From Candidatus Hermodarchaeota archaeon (GTDB lineage Archaea; Asgardarchaeota; Lokiarchaeia; Sigyniarchaeales; SOKP01), in NCBI GenBank assembly GCA_048885535.1, contig JBHLLO010000011.1, positions 9,483-69,524 of the forward strand: a stretch of DNA of 60,042 nucleotides, read 5' to 3'. The position numbers were made by a program, and so were the translations under genes. The stretch's first letter is position 1; each line of letters opens with the position of its first letter. The notes beneath the pieces were generated by a model. The model searched no databases. It was not told the DNA's origin and saw only the letters and a program-made list of their open reading frames with translations. This document shows positions 29,009 through 38,159 of the stretch, piece by piece.

Positions 29009-31273
29009 GTGATTAGATTGGAATTATCGTTAAAATTGAGAATTAAAGATGCGTTTAAAGAAGATGCTGGTAGAGGAATTGTTCGAATTGATCCCGATGT
29101 AATAAATGAGCTAGATCTTAAAGTAGGTGATATAATACGGATCAATAATCCAATATTAAACAAAAAAACTGCTGCTTTATTATCAACAGGGAAGGGTGAG
29201 GACAAAGGAAAGGGAATAATTAGAATGGATCCTTCTTTAAGACGAAATCTAAATGCTTCTATAGACGATTTAGTAGATATAAAGAAAATAAAGGCAGATT
29301 TAGCAGAAGTTATAACTTTTGCTGGTTTAGATTCTTCTTTAGTCCCACGAGATCCCCAAGCCTTAGTAAGAAAGTTAGAGAATCGAGTTATTATGAAAGG
29401 TGATAGTTTGAGTTTCTATGCTATGGCTCATAGGATTGATTTGGTTGTTATGGATTATATGCCAAAAACAGAGGCTGTTAGAATTAACCTAAATACGAAG
29501 ATAATTTTTGCAGAAAATACTCAGAGTTCAATTGAAGTTAAAAGAAAAGTGGTAAAGTATGAAGGAATTAGCGATATAGAAGAAAAACTACAGAAAATTC
29601 GTGAAAGAATAACTTATGAGGATATTGGGGGATTAGAAGACACAATCCAGAAAATAAGGGAGATCGTCGAACTTCCAATAAGGCATCCAGAGCTTTTTGA
29701 GAAAATAGGTATTGATCCTCCTAAAGGGGTTTTACTTCATGGTCCTCCTGGTACAGGAAAAACCTTAATTGCAAAAGCTGTTGCTTATGAAACAGATGCT
29801 CATTTTATAAGTATCAGTGGTCCTGAAATAATGAGTAAATTTTTTGGTCAAAGTGAAGAAAATCTAAGAAAAATTTTCGATGAGGGAAAAGAAAATGCTC
29901 CATCTATAATTTTCTTAGATGAATTGGATTCAATTGCTCCAAAAATAGAAGAAGGAAAAAATCAAGTGGAATCAAGAGTCGTTGCTCAATTACTTTCACT
30001 TATGGATGGCTTAAAGGGGAGAGGAGAAATGATAATAATAGGGGCAACGAATAAAGTTAATAATGTTGATAGTGCTTTAAGGAGGCCAGGTAGATTTGAT
30101 CGGGAGATTGAAATTAAAGTTCCAAATACTGATGGACGATATGAAATTTTACTAATTCATACTAGAGGGATACCTTTAGATGAAAGTGTAAATTTAAGAG
30201 AAATCGCTGAAAAAACGCATGGTTTCGTCGGTGCGGATATTAAAGCCCTTTGTAGAGAAGGAGCAATGCTAGCCATTAAAGAAATTATACCTGAAATAGA
30301 TCTAGATAAACCTATCCCTGAGGAGATTTTAAGTAAGTTAAAAATTAAAATGCATCATTTCAATGAAGCTTTGAATAGCATTGAACCTTCTGCATTAAGA
30401 GAAGTCTTGATTACTCAGCCAACGGAAACATGGGATGATATTGGTGGCTTAGAAGATGTAAAACAACAATTAAGAGAAGTGATAGAATGGCCATTAAAGT
30501 ATCCTGGGTTTTATAAATACATGAAGTCAAAACCACCAAATGGAATTTTAATGTTTGGACTCCCTGGGACTGGTAAAACCTTATTGGCTAAGGCTCTTGC
30601 TCATGAGAGCGAAATTAATTTTATCTCAGTAAAAGGTCCTGAATTTTTATCTAAATGGGTGGGCGAAAGTGCTAAAGCTGTTCGTGAAACTTTTCGAAAG
30701 GCAAAATCTGCTGCTCCCTGTATCATTTTTTTTGATGAGATTGATGCTATTGCTTCAAGACGTGCCGAGTCTTCTGGTTCAAGAGTGAATGAACAAGTTG
30801 TTGCTCAAATTCTAACAGAAATGGATGGCCTAGAAGAATTGAAAGATGTGGTCTTGATTGCTGCCACAAATCGTCCTGATTTATTAGATCCCGCTTTATT
30901 AAGATCAGGTAGATTTGGAAGGCATATTGAGATTCCATTACCGAATAAAACGTCACGAATGAAAATATTTGGGATTCATCTCTCTAATCGTCCTATTGAT
31001 AGTAATATTGATATTGAATTATTAGCAGAAATGTTAGAAGGATATACTGGTGCTGATATTAAAGCTGTATGTGAAGAAGCATCAATTTTAGCAATTAGAA
31101 GAGGTGTATTTGATACAGATACGAACGTTACTGATCCTAACTCATATATAAAAGTCAAAATTTCTCAAGAGGATTTTGAAAAAGCGATTGAAAAGATAAA
31201 AAGAGGTGCAGATCAAGCAAAACAGTCTTATAAAGAGACCATTAAAGAATTACCTAATAATATTTACCGCTAA
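29009..31273 (+). CDS. cdc48: CDC48/p97/VAT-family AAA+ ATPase
   Basis: N-domain '[10 protein letters not shown]'; two AAA modules ([16 protein letters not shown]; IFLDE, FFDE; RPGRFD, RSGRF); C-terminal IYR; alternative TTG start at 29018. Confidence 0.93.
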   Translation: MIRLELSLKLRIKDAFKEDAGRGIVRIDPDVINELDLKVGDIIRINNPILNKKTAALLSTGKGEDKGKGIIRMDPSLRRNLNASIDDLVDIKKIKADLAEVITFAGLDSSLVPRDPQALVRKLENRVIMKGDSLSFYAMAHRIDLVVMDYMPKTEAVRINLNTKIIFAENTQSSIEVKRKVVKYEGISDIEEKLQKIRERITYEDIGGLEDTIQKIREIVELPIRHPELFEKIGIDPPKGVLLHGPPGTGKTLIAKAVAYETDAHFISISGPEIMSKFFGQSEENLRKIFDEGKENAPSIIFLDELDSIAPKIEEGKNQVESRVVAQLLSLMDGLKGRGEMIIIGATNKVNNVDSALRRPGRFDREIEIKVPNTDGRYEILLIHTRGIPLDESVNLREIAEKTHGFVGADIKALCREGAMLAIKEIIPEIDLDKPIPEEILSKLKIKMHHFNEALNSIEPSALREVLITQPTETWDDIGGLEDVKQQLREVIEWPLKYPGFYKYMKSKPPNGILMFGLPGTGKTLLAKALAHESEINFISVKGPEFLSKWVGESAKAVRETFRKAKSAAPCIIFFDEIDAIASRRAESSGSRVNEQVVAQILTEMDGLEELKDVVLIAATNRPDLLDPALLRSGRFGRHIEIPLPNKTSRMKIFGIHLSNRPIDSNIDIELLAEMLEGYTGADIKAVCEEASILAIRRGVFDTDTNVTDPNSYIKVKISQEDFEKAIEKIKRGADQAKQSYKETIKELPNNIYR

Positions 31274-31282
31274 TTTTTTTTT
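31274..31282 (+). terminator. Oligo-T archaeal terminator after cdc48
   Basis: Run of 9 T immediately after the stop codon. Confidence 0.45.
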
Positions 31283-31294
31283 ATTAAAAAAAAT

Positions 31295-31340
31295 TTTGAT
31301 AAAAAAATTTATCAAACCTATAAAAAATCTTCTTATCAAA
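31295..31340. promoter_or_regulatory. Putative tandem operator including a palindrome with perfect 9-bp arms
   Basis: TTTGATAAA-AAAA-TTTATCAAA (31295-31316), followed 24 bp later by a second TTATCAAA half-site; matches 26455-26500. Confidence 0.6.
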
Positions 31341-31413
31341 TTTTTTAAATTGAGAGATAATGGTTATTTACTTAGATAGAATAAAATTACTTTCTAAAAA
31401 GGATGTGGTTTTA

Positions 31414-31641
31414 ATGGAAATTGTTGTAAAAAGTTTGGAAAAAGTTGAACAAAAAATCGATAACTCATACAAACAATTTTTAATTGAATTTGCAGCTGGA
31501 TATCTTGAATTAGAATTTATCGAGAAACAAAAACAATTGAATGAATATATGAGAGCTTATGATGAATTAGAAGATAAGGAAGCATTTAATGCTGAATACC
31601 TAGCATCGCTAATTGAAGCTCTCAAATTAGAGCTTCAGTAA
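31414..31641 (+). CDS. Small helical protein homologous to the central hairpin of 26584-27201
   Basis: 'FAAGYLELEFIEKQKQLNEYMRAYDELEDKEA' aligns with 'YAMGYLYQEIIEKQQLQTELFEEYENMSEKES'; ATG 31414 preferred to 31360. Confidence 0.65.
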   Translation: MEIVVKSLEKVEQKIDNSYKQFLIEFAAGYLELEFIEKQKQLNEYMRAYDELEDKEAFNAEYLASLIEALKLELQ

Positions 31642-31738
31642 TTAATATTAATTTCTCTCCTTTTTCTAATAATAAACTTATTTAATTTTGGAAAATAATT
31701 ACTGCAAAATGGTTTCTACAATATTAAAGTGATATTTA

Positions 31739-32923
31739 TTGGTTTCGCGTAGAGTCAAAGATATAGAATATGCAATAAGAGATATTGCGGTTATCGCAAA
31801 TGAAGTAAAAAAATCTGGAAAAGAGGTTATTTCTCTAAATATTGGAGATCCAGCTATTTATGATTTTGAGACTCCTAAGTTTATTTCTAAAGCATTAGCA
31901 AGTGCCAGTCTTAATGGAAAGAATTATTATGCTGATTCATTGGGGGTTATTGAGTTAAGAGAAGAGCTCAGTAATTTTATGAGAAATAAGTATAATCTAA
32001 ATGTAAATTCTAATGATATTATAATTACAACAGGTGTAACCGAAGCAATTTATTTCCTTTTGGCGGCACTTGTTGAAAAAAGTGAGGAGTTTCTTATACC
32101 TGGTCCTACTTATCCACTCTATATTAATAATACTCGTTTTTATGATGGAATTCCGGTAGAATATGAATTAGACGAAATTGATGATTGGGATCCTAATATT
32201 GATGATTTAAGAAAAAAGATTACTGAAAAAACTAAAGGAATTTTAATTTGTTCCCCAAATAATCCTACAGGTGTTTTATATACTGAAAAAAGAGTTAAGG
32301 AAATCATCGACTTGGCCGGAGAGTTCAATTTACCGATATTATCAGATGAGATTTACGATCAAATTACTTATGAAAGAGATTTTGTATGCCCAGCAAGTCT
32401 TAGTAAGGATGTGCCAATTATTGGAATGAATGGGTTTTCGAAAGCACATCTAATGACTGGCTGGAGGTTAGGTTATTTATATTATCATGATCCAGAACAA
32501 AAATTAATCGAATTAAAAGAAAGTATAGGAAAAATGGCAAGGGCACGCTTATCAGCTAGTACTATAGCACAGTATGCTGCTATAGAAATTTTTAAAACAA
32601 AAAGCAATCATACAAGAGAAATGGTAAAAAAATTAAAAGAAAGACGTGATTATTCATATAAAAGATTAAAACAAATTGAAGGTGTTAGCTGTGTTAATGC
32701 AAGTGGAGCATTTTATTTGTTTCCAAAAATAGATTTTCAGGAATTCTCTAAATGGAAAGACGATAAGGATTTTGCAATTAATTTTCTTAAAGAAAAAGGA
32801 GTATGCACTGTTTATGGTTCTGGATTTGGGGAATATGGAAAAGGTCATATTAGAATCACTTTCTTGCCTAAAAAAGAAATGCTTGAAAAAGTGTTTAACT
32901 ATCTTGAGGATTTCTTAAAATAA
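31739..32923 (+). CDS. Class I/II PLP aminotransferase (alanine aminotransferase AlaA-like)
   Basis: 'IEYAIRD', 'LNIGDP', 'SPNNPTG', 'SDEIYD' and 'GFSKAHLMTGWRLG'. Confidence 0.88.
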   Translation: MVSRRVKDIEYAIRDIAVIANEVKKSGKEVISLNIGDPAIYDFETPKFISKALASASLNGKNYYADSLGVIELREELSNFMRNKYNLNVNSNDIIITTGVTEAIYFLLAALVEKSEEFLIPGPTYPLYINNTRFYDGIPVEYELDEIDDWDPNIDDLRKKITEKTKGILICSPNNPTGVLYTEKRVKEIIDLAGEFNLPILSDEIYDQITYERDFVCPASLSKDVPIIGMNGFSKAHLMTGWRLGYLYYHDPEQKLIELKESIGKMARARLSASTIAQYAAIEIFKTKSNHTREMVKKLKERRDYSYKRLKQIEGVSCVNASGAFYLFPKIDFQEFSKWKDDKDFAINFLKEKGVCTVYGSGFGEYGKGHIRITFLPKKEMLEKVFNYLEDFLK

Positions 32924-32935
32924 ATCCAATAAGAT

Positions 32936-33457
32936 TTAGAATCTCTCATCTAATACAGCTCCACAATTAAAGCAATGCTTCTTTATTCCAATTAATGGTT
33001 CTATTTTCTTAATATTAGTGAAAGGCTTTAATTTTTTGTTTAAATTAAAATAGATATCTGAAAACATATAATTTTCAATTGAAATTAATTTTAACTTCAA
33101 CTTTTTATAGAGTTTGATTTTCTCTTTTTTTCTCTTTAAATAATTTTTTCCATGGAATCCCCAATATTCCAAGTAAACATCAAATTCAGGTAAATACCAG
33201 TCACATTTAACCTTATAGTTTAACAATTTTATTTTCTTTTCGTATTCATGTTTAATATCTAGAATATATAGGTAATTATCAATGATTAGCTCACCTTTAG
33301 ATCTAACTATATGTCCATCCAAACATTTGAAATTTTTTGTGTTGTTTTTTCGTTCTCTTTTCTTCCTTTTGATACTTTTTTTAATACCAAAATAAATTAT
33401 TAATATTAATACGATTAATACTCCACTAAAAAATAAATAGTCCCAAATCCCACTCAA
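32936..33457 (-). CDS. Membrane-anchored PD-(D/E)XK-like nuclease-domain protein
   Basis: N-terminal TM; 'GHIVRSKGELIIDNYL', 'YE', 'CDWYL...YLEYWG'; C-terminal CFNCG. Confidence 0.6.
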   Translation of the reverse strand: MSGIWDYLFFSGVLIVLILIIYFGIKKSIKRKKRERKNNTKNFKCLDGHIVRSKGELIIDNYLYILDIKHEYEKKIKLLNYKVKCDWYLPEFDVYLEYWGFHGKNYLKRKKEKIKLYKKLKLKLISIENYMFSDIYFNLNKKLKPFTNIKKIEPLIGIKKHCFNCGAVLDERF

Positions 33458-33622
33458 GGTTTCAATATCCCCGAATATTGAATTCCAAATGATTTCTATG
33501 TAGATTATAGTCTTCCAATATTTAAATATAGCGAGTACAAGTTTAGTGACAAAATTTTTAGCATAGTTTGGAATTATAAGTCATTAGACATCTAATTATT
33601 ATAAATAAACTAACTTAAGCAA

Positions 33623-34699
33623 ATGGTTATTGTTATGGAATTATTTGTAGATACAAAATTAATAGGGAGAAGAAAAAATCGTCCAGTTGGTGAAATTAAG
33701 TCAAAAAATCATTATCAAGACTTGATAAAAGGTGCTGAATGGATGGTGTCTCAGTTAAAAGATTTAACTGGAGTAATTGGAATAACATTAAGTGGAGGTT
33801 TAAGTAGAGGTTATGGAGATGAATTATCTGAAATTGACTTAATGATTTATTTAGACAAAAAAGCTTATGAAAAATGGAGCCAAGGAGAAGCTCCTGTCCC
33901 CCAAGGAGATACTTTATGGAATGGATATTATTTCGATCTCGAATTTTTATCATATTATGAAGAGTGGGATAAAAAATGGGACCCCTTTATGAAATGGGAT
34001 GCTTCATATAACAAAATATTATACGATCCTTATAGTAAAATAGTAAAATTATTGGAGCATAAAGATATTTTTACTGCAAGAGAAAAATTTCAATGTGCAG
34101 CAACATCATTTGGGAAATGTGTATATATCGGGAATTTAGTAGTTCAACAATGGATCAAACGAGGAGATCCATTAATTGCGAATCATTTAATTAATAAAGC
34201 AATCAAGGGTTTAATAAAAATAGTTTTTCTAATTAATGACGAATATCTCCCTCCTGATAAATGGAGTCTAAATTACTCTTATTCTCTTGATTGGTTACCT
34301 GAGGGTTGGAGAGAAAGGATCTCAGATGTCATCTTAGTAAAAGAAATTTCGATGGAAGAAGCTGAAAGAAGATGTAAAATTCTTCATAGAATATATAATG
34401 AATGCTGGGAAAGATTAGTGGGCACCAAATTTAAAGATTTAGAATTTATTGAAATTAATCTCTATAATGAGCTTCAATATATAATCAGTAAAACTCCAGT
34501 AAATTTGAATGAATTTTCTGAGAAATTTGATATCAAGCACTTAACTTTTGAACCTATATTTCAATTAACTGAAATTAAAACAAAAGATAACGTGAAATGG
34601 ATCATCTTCAAAAAAGAAAAATTCCTTGAGCAAAGAGAAGAAAATTTCAAGGAGTTTTTGGATTGGAATAAAAATCTCTTAAAAAAATTGGTCTTATAA
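33623..34699 (+). CDS. Nucleotidyltransferase-superfamily protein with DUF4037-like helical domain
   Basis: 'LSGGLSRGYGDELSEIDL' NTase motif and 'IVFLINDEYLPPDKW'. Confidence 0.7.
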   Translation: MVIVMELFVDTKLIGRRKNRPVGEIKSKNHYQDLIKGAEWMVSQLKDLTGVIGITLSGGLSRGYGDELSEIDLMIYLDKKAYEKWSQGEAPVPQGDTLWNGYYFDLEFLSYYEEWDKKWDPFMKWDASYNKILYDPYSKIVKLLEHKDIFTAREKFQCAATSFGKCVYIGNLVVQQWIKRGDPLIANHLINKAIKGLIKIVFLINDEYLPPDKWSLNYSYSLDWLPEGWRERISDVILVKEISMEEAERRCKILHRIYNECWERLVGTKFKDLEFIEINLYNELQYIISKTPVNLNEFSEKFDIKHLTFEPIFQLTEIKTKDNVKWIIFKKEKFLEQREENFKEFLDWNKNLLKKLVL

Positions 34700-34701
34700 A
34701 A

Positions 34702-36804
34702 CTAAACTTGCTCTTTAGTGACCTTTGTTTGATGTCTTTCTTTCTTAAAGTTAAAAATGTCAGTTACAAATGAATCGAGATTTCGATCGTGAGATATAAT
34801 AAACATTTGAGATGTATTGAGTTTCTCAAATACCTCTTGCATTTTATTAATTTGCTCTTGGCTAAAACCGTCAGTAGGTTCATCTAAAATTAATAAATCT
34901 TTTGTTTTTACTTCTTGGTATCTCTCATTGATAATTTTATTCAATGCTAGTCTATAGGCTAAAGATAAAGCACTTTTTTCTCCTCCTGATAAGTCATTAA
35001 ATGGTGAATCATATCCATTCACAGTAATAATCGGTTCAAAATCATCAAATCGAATTTCAACATCAATATTTTCCTCCTCTACCAAGGTTCTAAACCATTC
35101 TTTAAAGTATTCATTAAATTGTCGAGCGCTGGATGAAATAATTTCTCTTTCTATGTCCCTTATTAGAATTTGGAATTTCTCTACAATCCAATTTCTTAAA
35201 TCTGTTAAATATTCTAATCTATCTCTAAATACTTTTTTCTTTTTAAGATCTTCTTTTAGCTTATTTAATTCAGATTCTAATAGTACAAAACTAGTTTGTT
35301 CAGCACTTAATTCCTTTTCAAGTTCAATTTTTTCTGATTTTATTTTTTTTATAAGATTCTTTTGGTTTTCTAACTTAAAATTCAACTTGGTCCCTAGCTC
35401 TTTCAATTTTTCTAAATCTTTTATATCATACTTATTTAGAATAATTTCTATTAGTTTCTTATTACTTTCAATTTTCTGATTTAGTTGGTTAATTATTTCT
35501 TTCAGTTTTATTTCTCGTTTTCTTTTTTCTTCAAGTAATCTCATTAAAGCTTCTTTATTTGTTTTATAGTTCTTAAATTCTCTCAATTTCTTTAAACTTA
35601 ATTCATATTTCAGAATTTGAGATGCAATATCTGAGATTTCTTTTGAATATCCTGAAATCTTATTATTTACTTCTTTAAGCTCCAAATCAAATCTTTCTTT
35701 TTCATGAATTTCTTGTCCACATAAAGAGCATTTTCCCATTCTTAGAAGATTATCTAAGTCTTCAATTTTTTTCTCTAGGATTGCTTTATCTTTCTCTTTT
35801 TCTGATTGGATTTTTTGGTAATTTTTAATGGCAACCTCCAACTCGTCTTCTTTTAAGTCATGCTTAATTTTTATTTGAGGTATGGCTTTTATTTCTTTTT
35901 CAAGCTTAATTATTTCTTTTGATAAGATATCTAATGAATCCTCATTTTCCTTTTTAGAAACAACTGATTCAACAGTAACTTTTTGATAACCATTTATTTC
36001 AACTATTTTGGTGGAATATTCATTTAATTCTAACTGTATTTTTTCGCCATTCAACTCCGCTCTTTCAATTTCTTGTTCTTTTTCTTTTAAGAACTGTTGA
36101 ATCTTTTTAATTATCTCTTTCTGTTGATTAATTTCTTGCTCTTTTTTAGGAATTGTAATTTCAGGTTCTCCAATAGTGTCAAGGAAGATTTGTGTTTTTT
36201 TTAACTGATTATATAAATATTCATTTATAACACCTAGGTTCTTAAGACCTATTTCATATTTTTCGATACCAAAGACTTCTTTTAAGATTTCAAATCTCTC
36301 CTCAGGCTTAGATAGAAGTATCTCTTTTACTTGTTCTTGTGGAGTATATACAGTATAACGAAATATTGGAATCTTTTGAGCCTTTTCATAACGAGTTATT
36401 GAATAATTTAGAAGACTCAATATTTTTCTTCTTAGATCTGTAGGTGCATAAGAAGTCTCCGAAGCTTCATTTCCAACATATTCAATAATTGAACCTTCTT
36501 CTTGAGTTACAGTCGATTTTTTATCTTTAATAATTCTCTTCAAATTCCGTTTAATTTTATACCTTTTACTATCAATTAAAAATGTTAATTCGACCGAACC
36601 TCTATTTTCACCTCTTCTTAAAAGCGAATCACCCCCTAAATCTGCGGCGGTTAAAGTTCCAAATAGTCCAAATTCTATTGCTTTTAAGACTGAAGATTTT
36701 CCACTTCCAATATCACCATAAAATAGCAAAGTTGAAGGAGGGAACTTAATATCTAGATTAACTATGCTTCTAATATTCTTTACTTTTACAGATTCTATAA
36801 TCAT
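34702..36804 (-). CDS. rad50: DNA double-strand break repair ATPase Rad50
   Basis: Walker A 'GDIGSGKSS', Q-loop, coiled coils, Zn hook 'CSLC', 'LSGGE', 'LDEPT' and 'ISHD'. Confidence 0.92.
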   Translation of the reverse strand: MIIESVKVKNIRSIVNLDIKFPPSTLLFYGDIGSGKSSVLKAIEFGLFGTLTAADLGGDSLLRRGENRGSVELTFLIDSKRYKIKRNLKRIIKDKKSTVTQEEGSIIEYVGNEASETSYAPTDLRRKILSLLNYSITRYEKAQKIPIFRYTVYTPQEQVKEILLSKPEERFEILKEVFGIEKYEIGLKNLGVINEYLYNQLKKTQIFLDTIGEPEITIPKKEQEINQQKEIIKKIQQFLKEKEQEIERAELNGEKIQLELNEYSTKIVEINGYQKVTVESVVSKKENEDSLDILSKEIIKLEKEIKAIPQIKIKHDLKEDELEVAIKNYQKIQSEKEKDKAILEKKIEDLDNLLRMGKCSLCGQEIHEKERFDLELKEVNNKISGYSKEISDIASQILKYELSLKKLREFKNYKTNKEALMRLLEEKRKREIKLKEIINQLNQKIESNKKLIEIILNKYDIKDLEKLKELGTKLNFKLENQKNLIKKIKSEKIELEKELSAEQTSFVLLESELNKLKEDLKKKKVFRDRLEYLTDLRNWIVEKFQILIRDIEREIISSSARQFNEYFKEWFRTLVEEENIDVEIRFDDFEPIITVNGYDSPFNDLSGGEKSALSLAYRLALNKIINERYQEVKTKDLLILDEPTDGFSQEQINKMQEVFEKLNTSQMFIISHDRNLDSFVTDIFNFKKERHQTKVTKEQV

Positions 36805-36808
36805 ATTT

Positions 36809-38104
36809 CTATTCCTTATCTTCAACTAACTGAAAAATTTTTGTGAAATTAGCAATCAATAGCTCATTATAATCTTTTACTTTCATGCCTTCTTCTCTTT
36901 CTTTCCCAATAATACCTAACAACTCATGTACTTTATTTTCTAAACTCTTTTTGCTAATATTTTTAATGTTGAGTTTTTGTACATGTTCATAAATAAGTAC
37001 ACTTTCTATTTCTTCATTTGATTTCCCACTTGGAACTTTTACAGCCGAATATTCTTTTGATGAAAGTGAAAATTTATTGACTAATACTTCATAAGCACCT
37101 TTTTCTTTAAGAGATTGAATGAATTCATTTGTCTTAATTTCATAAGTTTTACCTGATGATAGATTTCCATGGAGACGTAGTGTAATAATTTTATCTTTGA
37201 CATTAAGATTAGTAGTTTTTTCTTTTAGTATATTCTGAACTTGCAGAGCTGATTTATTATCACAATTCAAATCTATTGTAATTACATCAATTATTTTTAA
37301 GGGAACAAATTTCACTTCAAAATGAGCTACTTTTTTTGAATGATCTATATCACCTGATATAATACACATTCCACCATATTTATAAGTCTCAACTTCTCGA
37401 AAATCTGTAAGACTTAAAGCTCCAGGGTAAATGATATTATTTTTAGAAGATAGTCCAATAAAATTATCATTTTCTCTTAACTCTTTAGGAAGAGTTTTAT
37501 GAAGATGCCCCCCAGCATAATAATGGAAATTTTTTGGTAAAAGAGATTTTGGAGCAGATTCCATATCCTTAAATTCAATTGGCTTCAATTCATTTAACAT
37601 AGTATGTAAAACAAAAATCTTTATTCCAGTCTCTTTTTCTAAACTTTCTAAATCTAACTTTTTATAATCTTCAATTTCTAAACTTCTCTTTCTAGCTCTT
37701 AATCCAGTTAATTTAATTTGAGTTTTTGGATCTTGAGTAAACAGCAATTTCAATTTATTATCCTCGGTACTTTCTCCCTTTGATATGTTTATAAAAAGAC
37801 CAGCTGTAATTAATGGACGAATCATAGATTTATCAGACGGAGAAAAGTCGTGAGATCCCATAATACCATAAACAGGAATATTATTATCCTTGAGTTTCCT
37901 CAATTCTCTTACTGTTAAATCTATAATATCTACTTTTGGATTACTAACATCAAATAAATCTCCACTAATTATAACAAAGTCAACTTTTTCTCTGATTATA
38001 ATATTAATTGCCATTTCAAAAGCTTGATTACCAAGAGTATTTAGGCTTTCATTTCTCCAAGCACCTAAATGGCAATCAGAAATGTGAGCAAATTTGACTT
38101 TCAT
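36809..38104 (-). CDS. mre11: DNA double-strand break repair nuclease Mre11
   Basis: 'HISDCHLG', 'SGDLFD', 'GSHD', 'LH', 'AGGHLH' and 'YPG'; adjacent to rad50. Confidence 0.9.
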   Translation of the reverse strand: MKVKFAHISDCHLGAWRNESLNTLGNQAFEMAINIIIREKVDFVIISGDLFDVSNPKVDIIDLTVRELRKLKDNNIPVYGIMGSHDFSPSDKSMIRPLITAGLFINISKGESTEDNKLKLLFTQDPKTQIKLTGLRARKRSLEIEDYKKLDLESLEKETGIKIFVLHTMLNELKPIEFKDMESAPKSLLPKNFHYYAGGHLHKTLPKELRENDNFIGLSSKNNIIYPGALSLTDFREVETYKYGGMCIISGDIDHSKKVAHFEVKFVPLKIIDVITIDLNCDNKSALQVQNILKEKTTNLNVKDKIITLRLHGNLSSGKTYEIKTNEFIQSLKEKGAYEVLVNKFSLSSKEYSAVKVPSGKSNEEIESVLIYEHVQKLNIKNISKKSLENKVHELLGIIGKEREEGMKVKDYNELLIANFTKIFQLVEDKE

Positions 38105-38159
38105 AATTCCAAGACTTAACAAAGTTTAATTTTATATAAAGAAAAATATAAATTATTTC

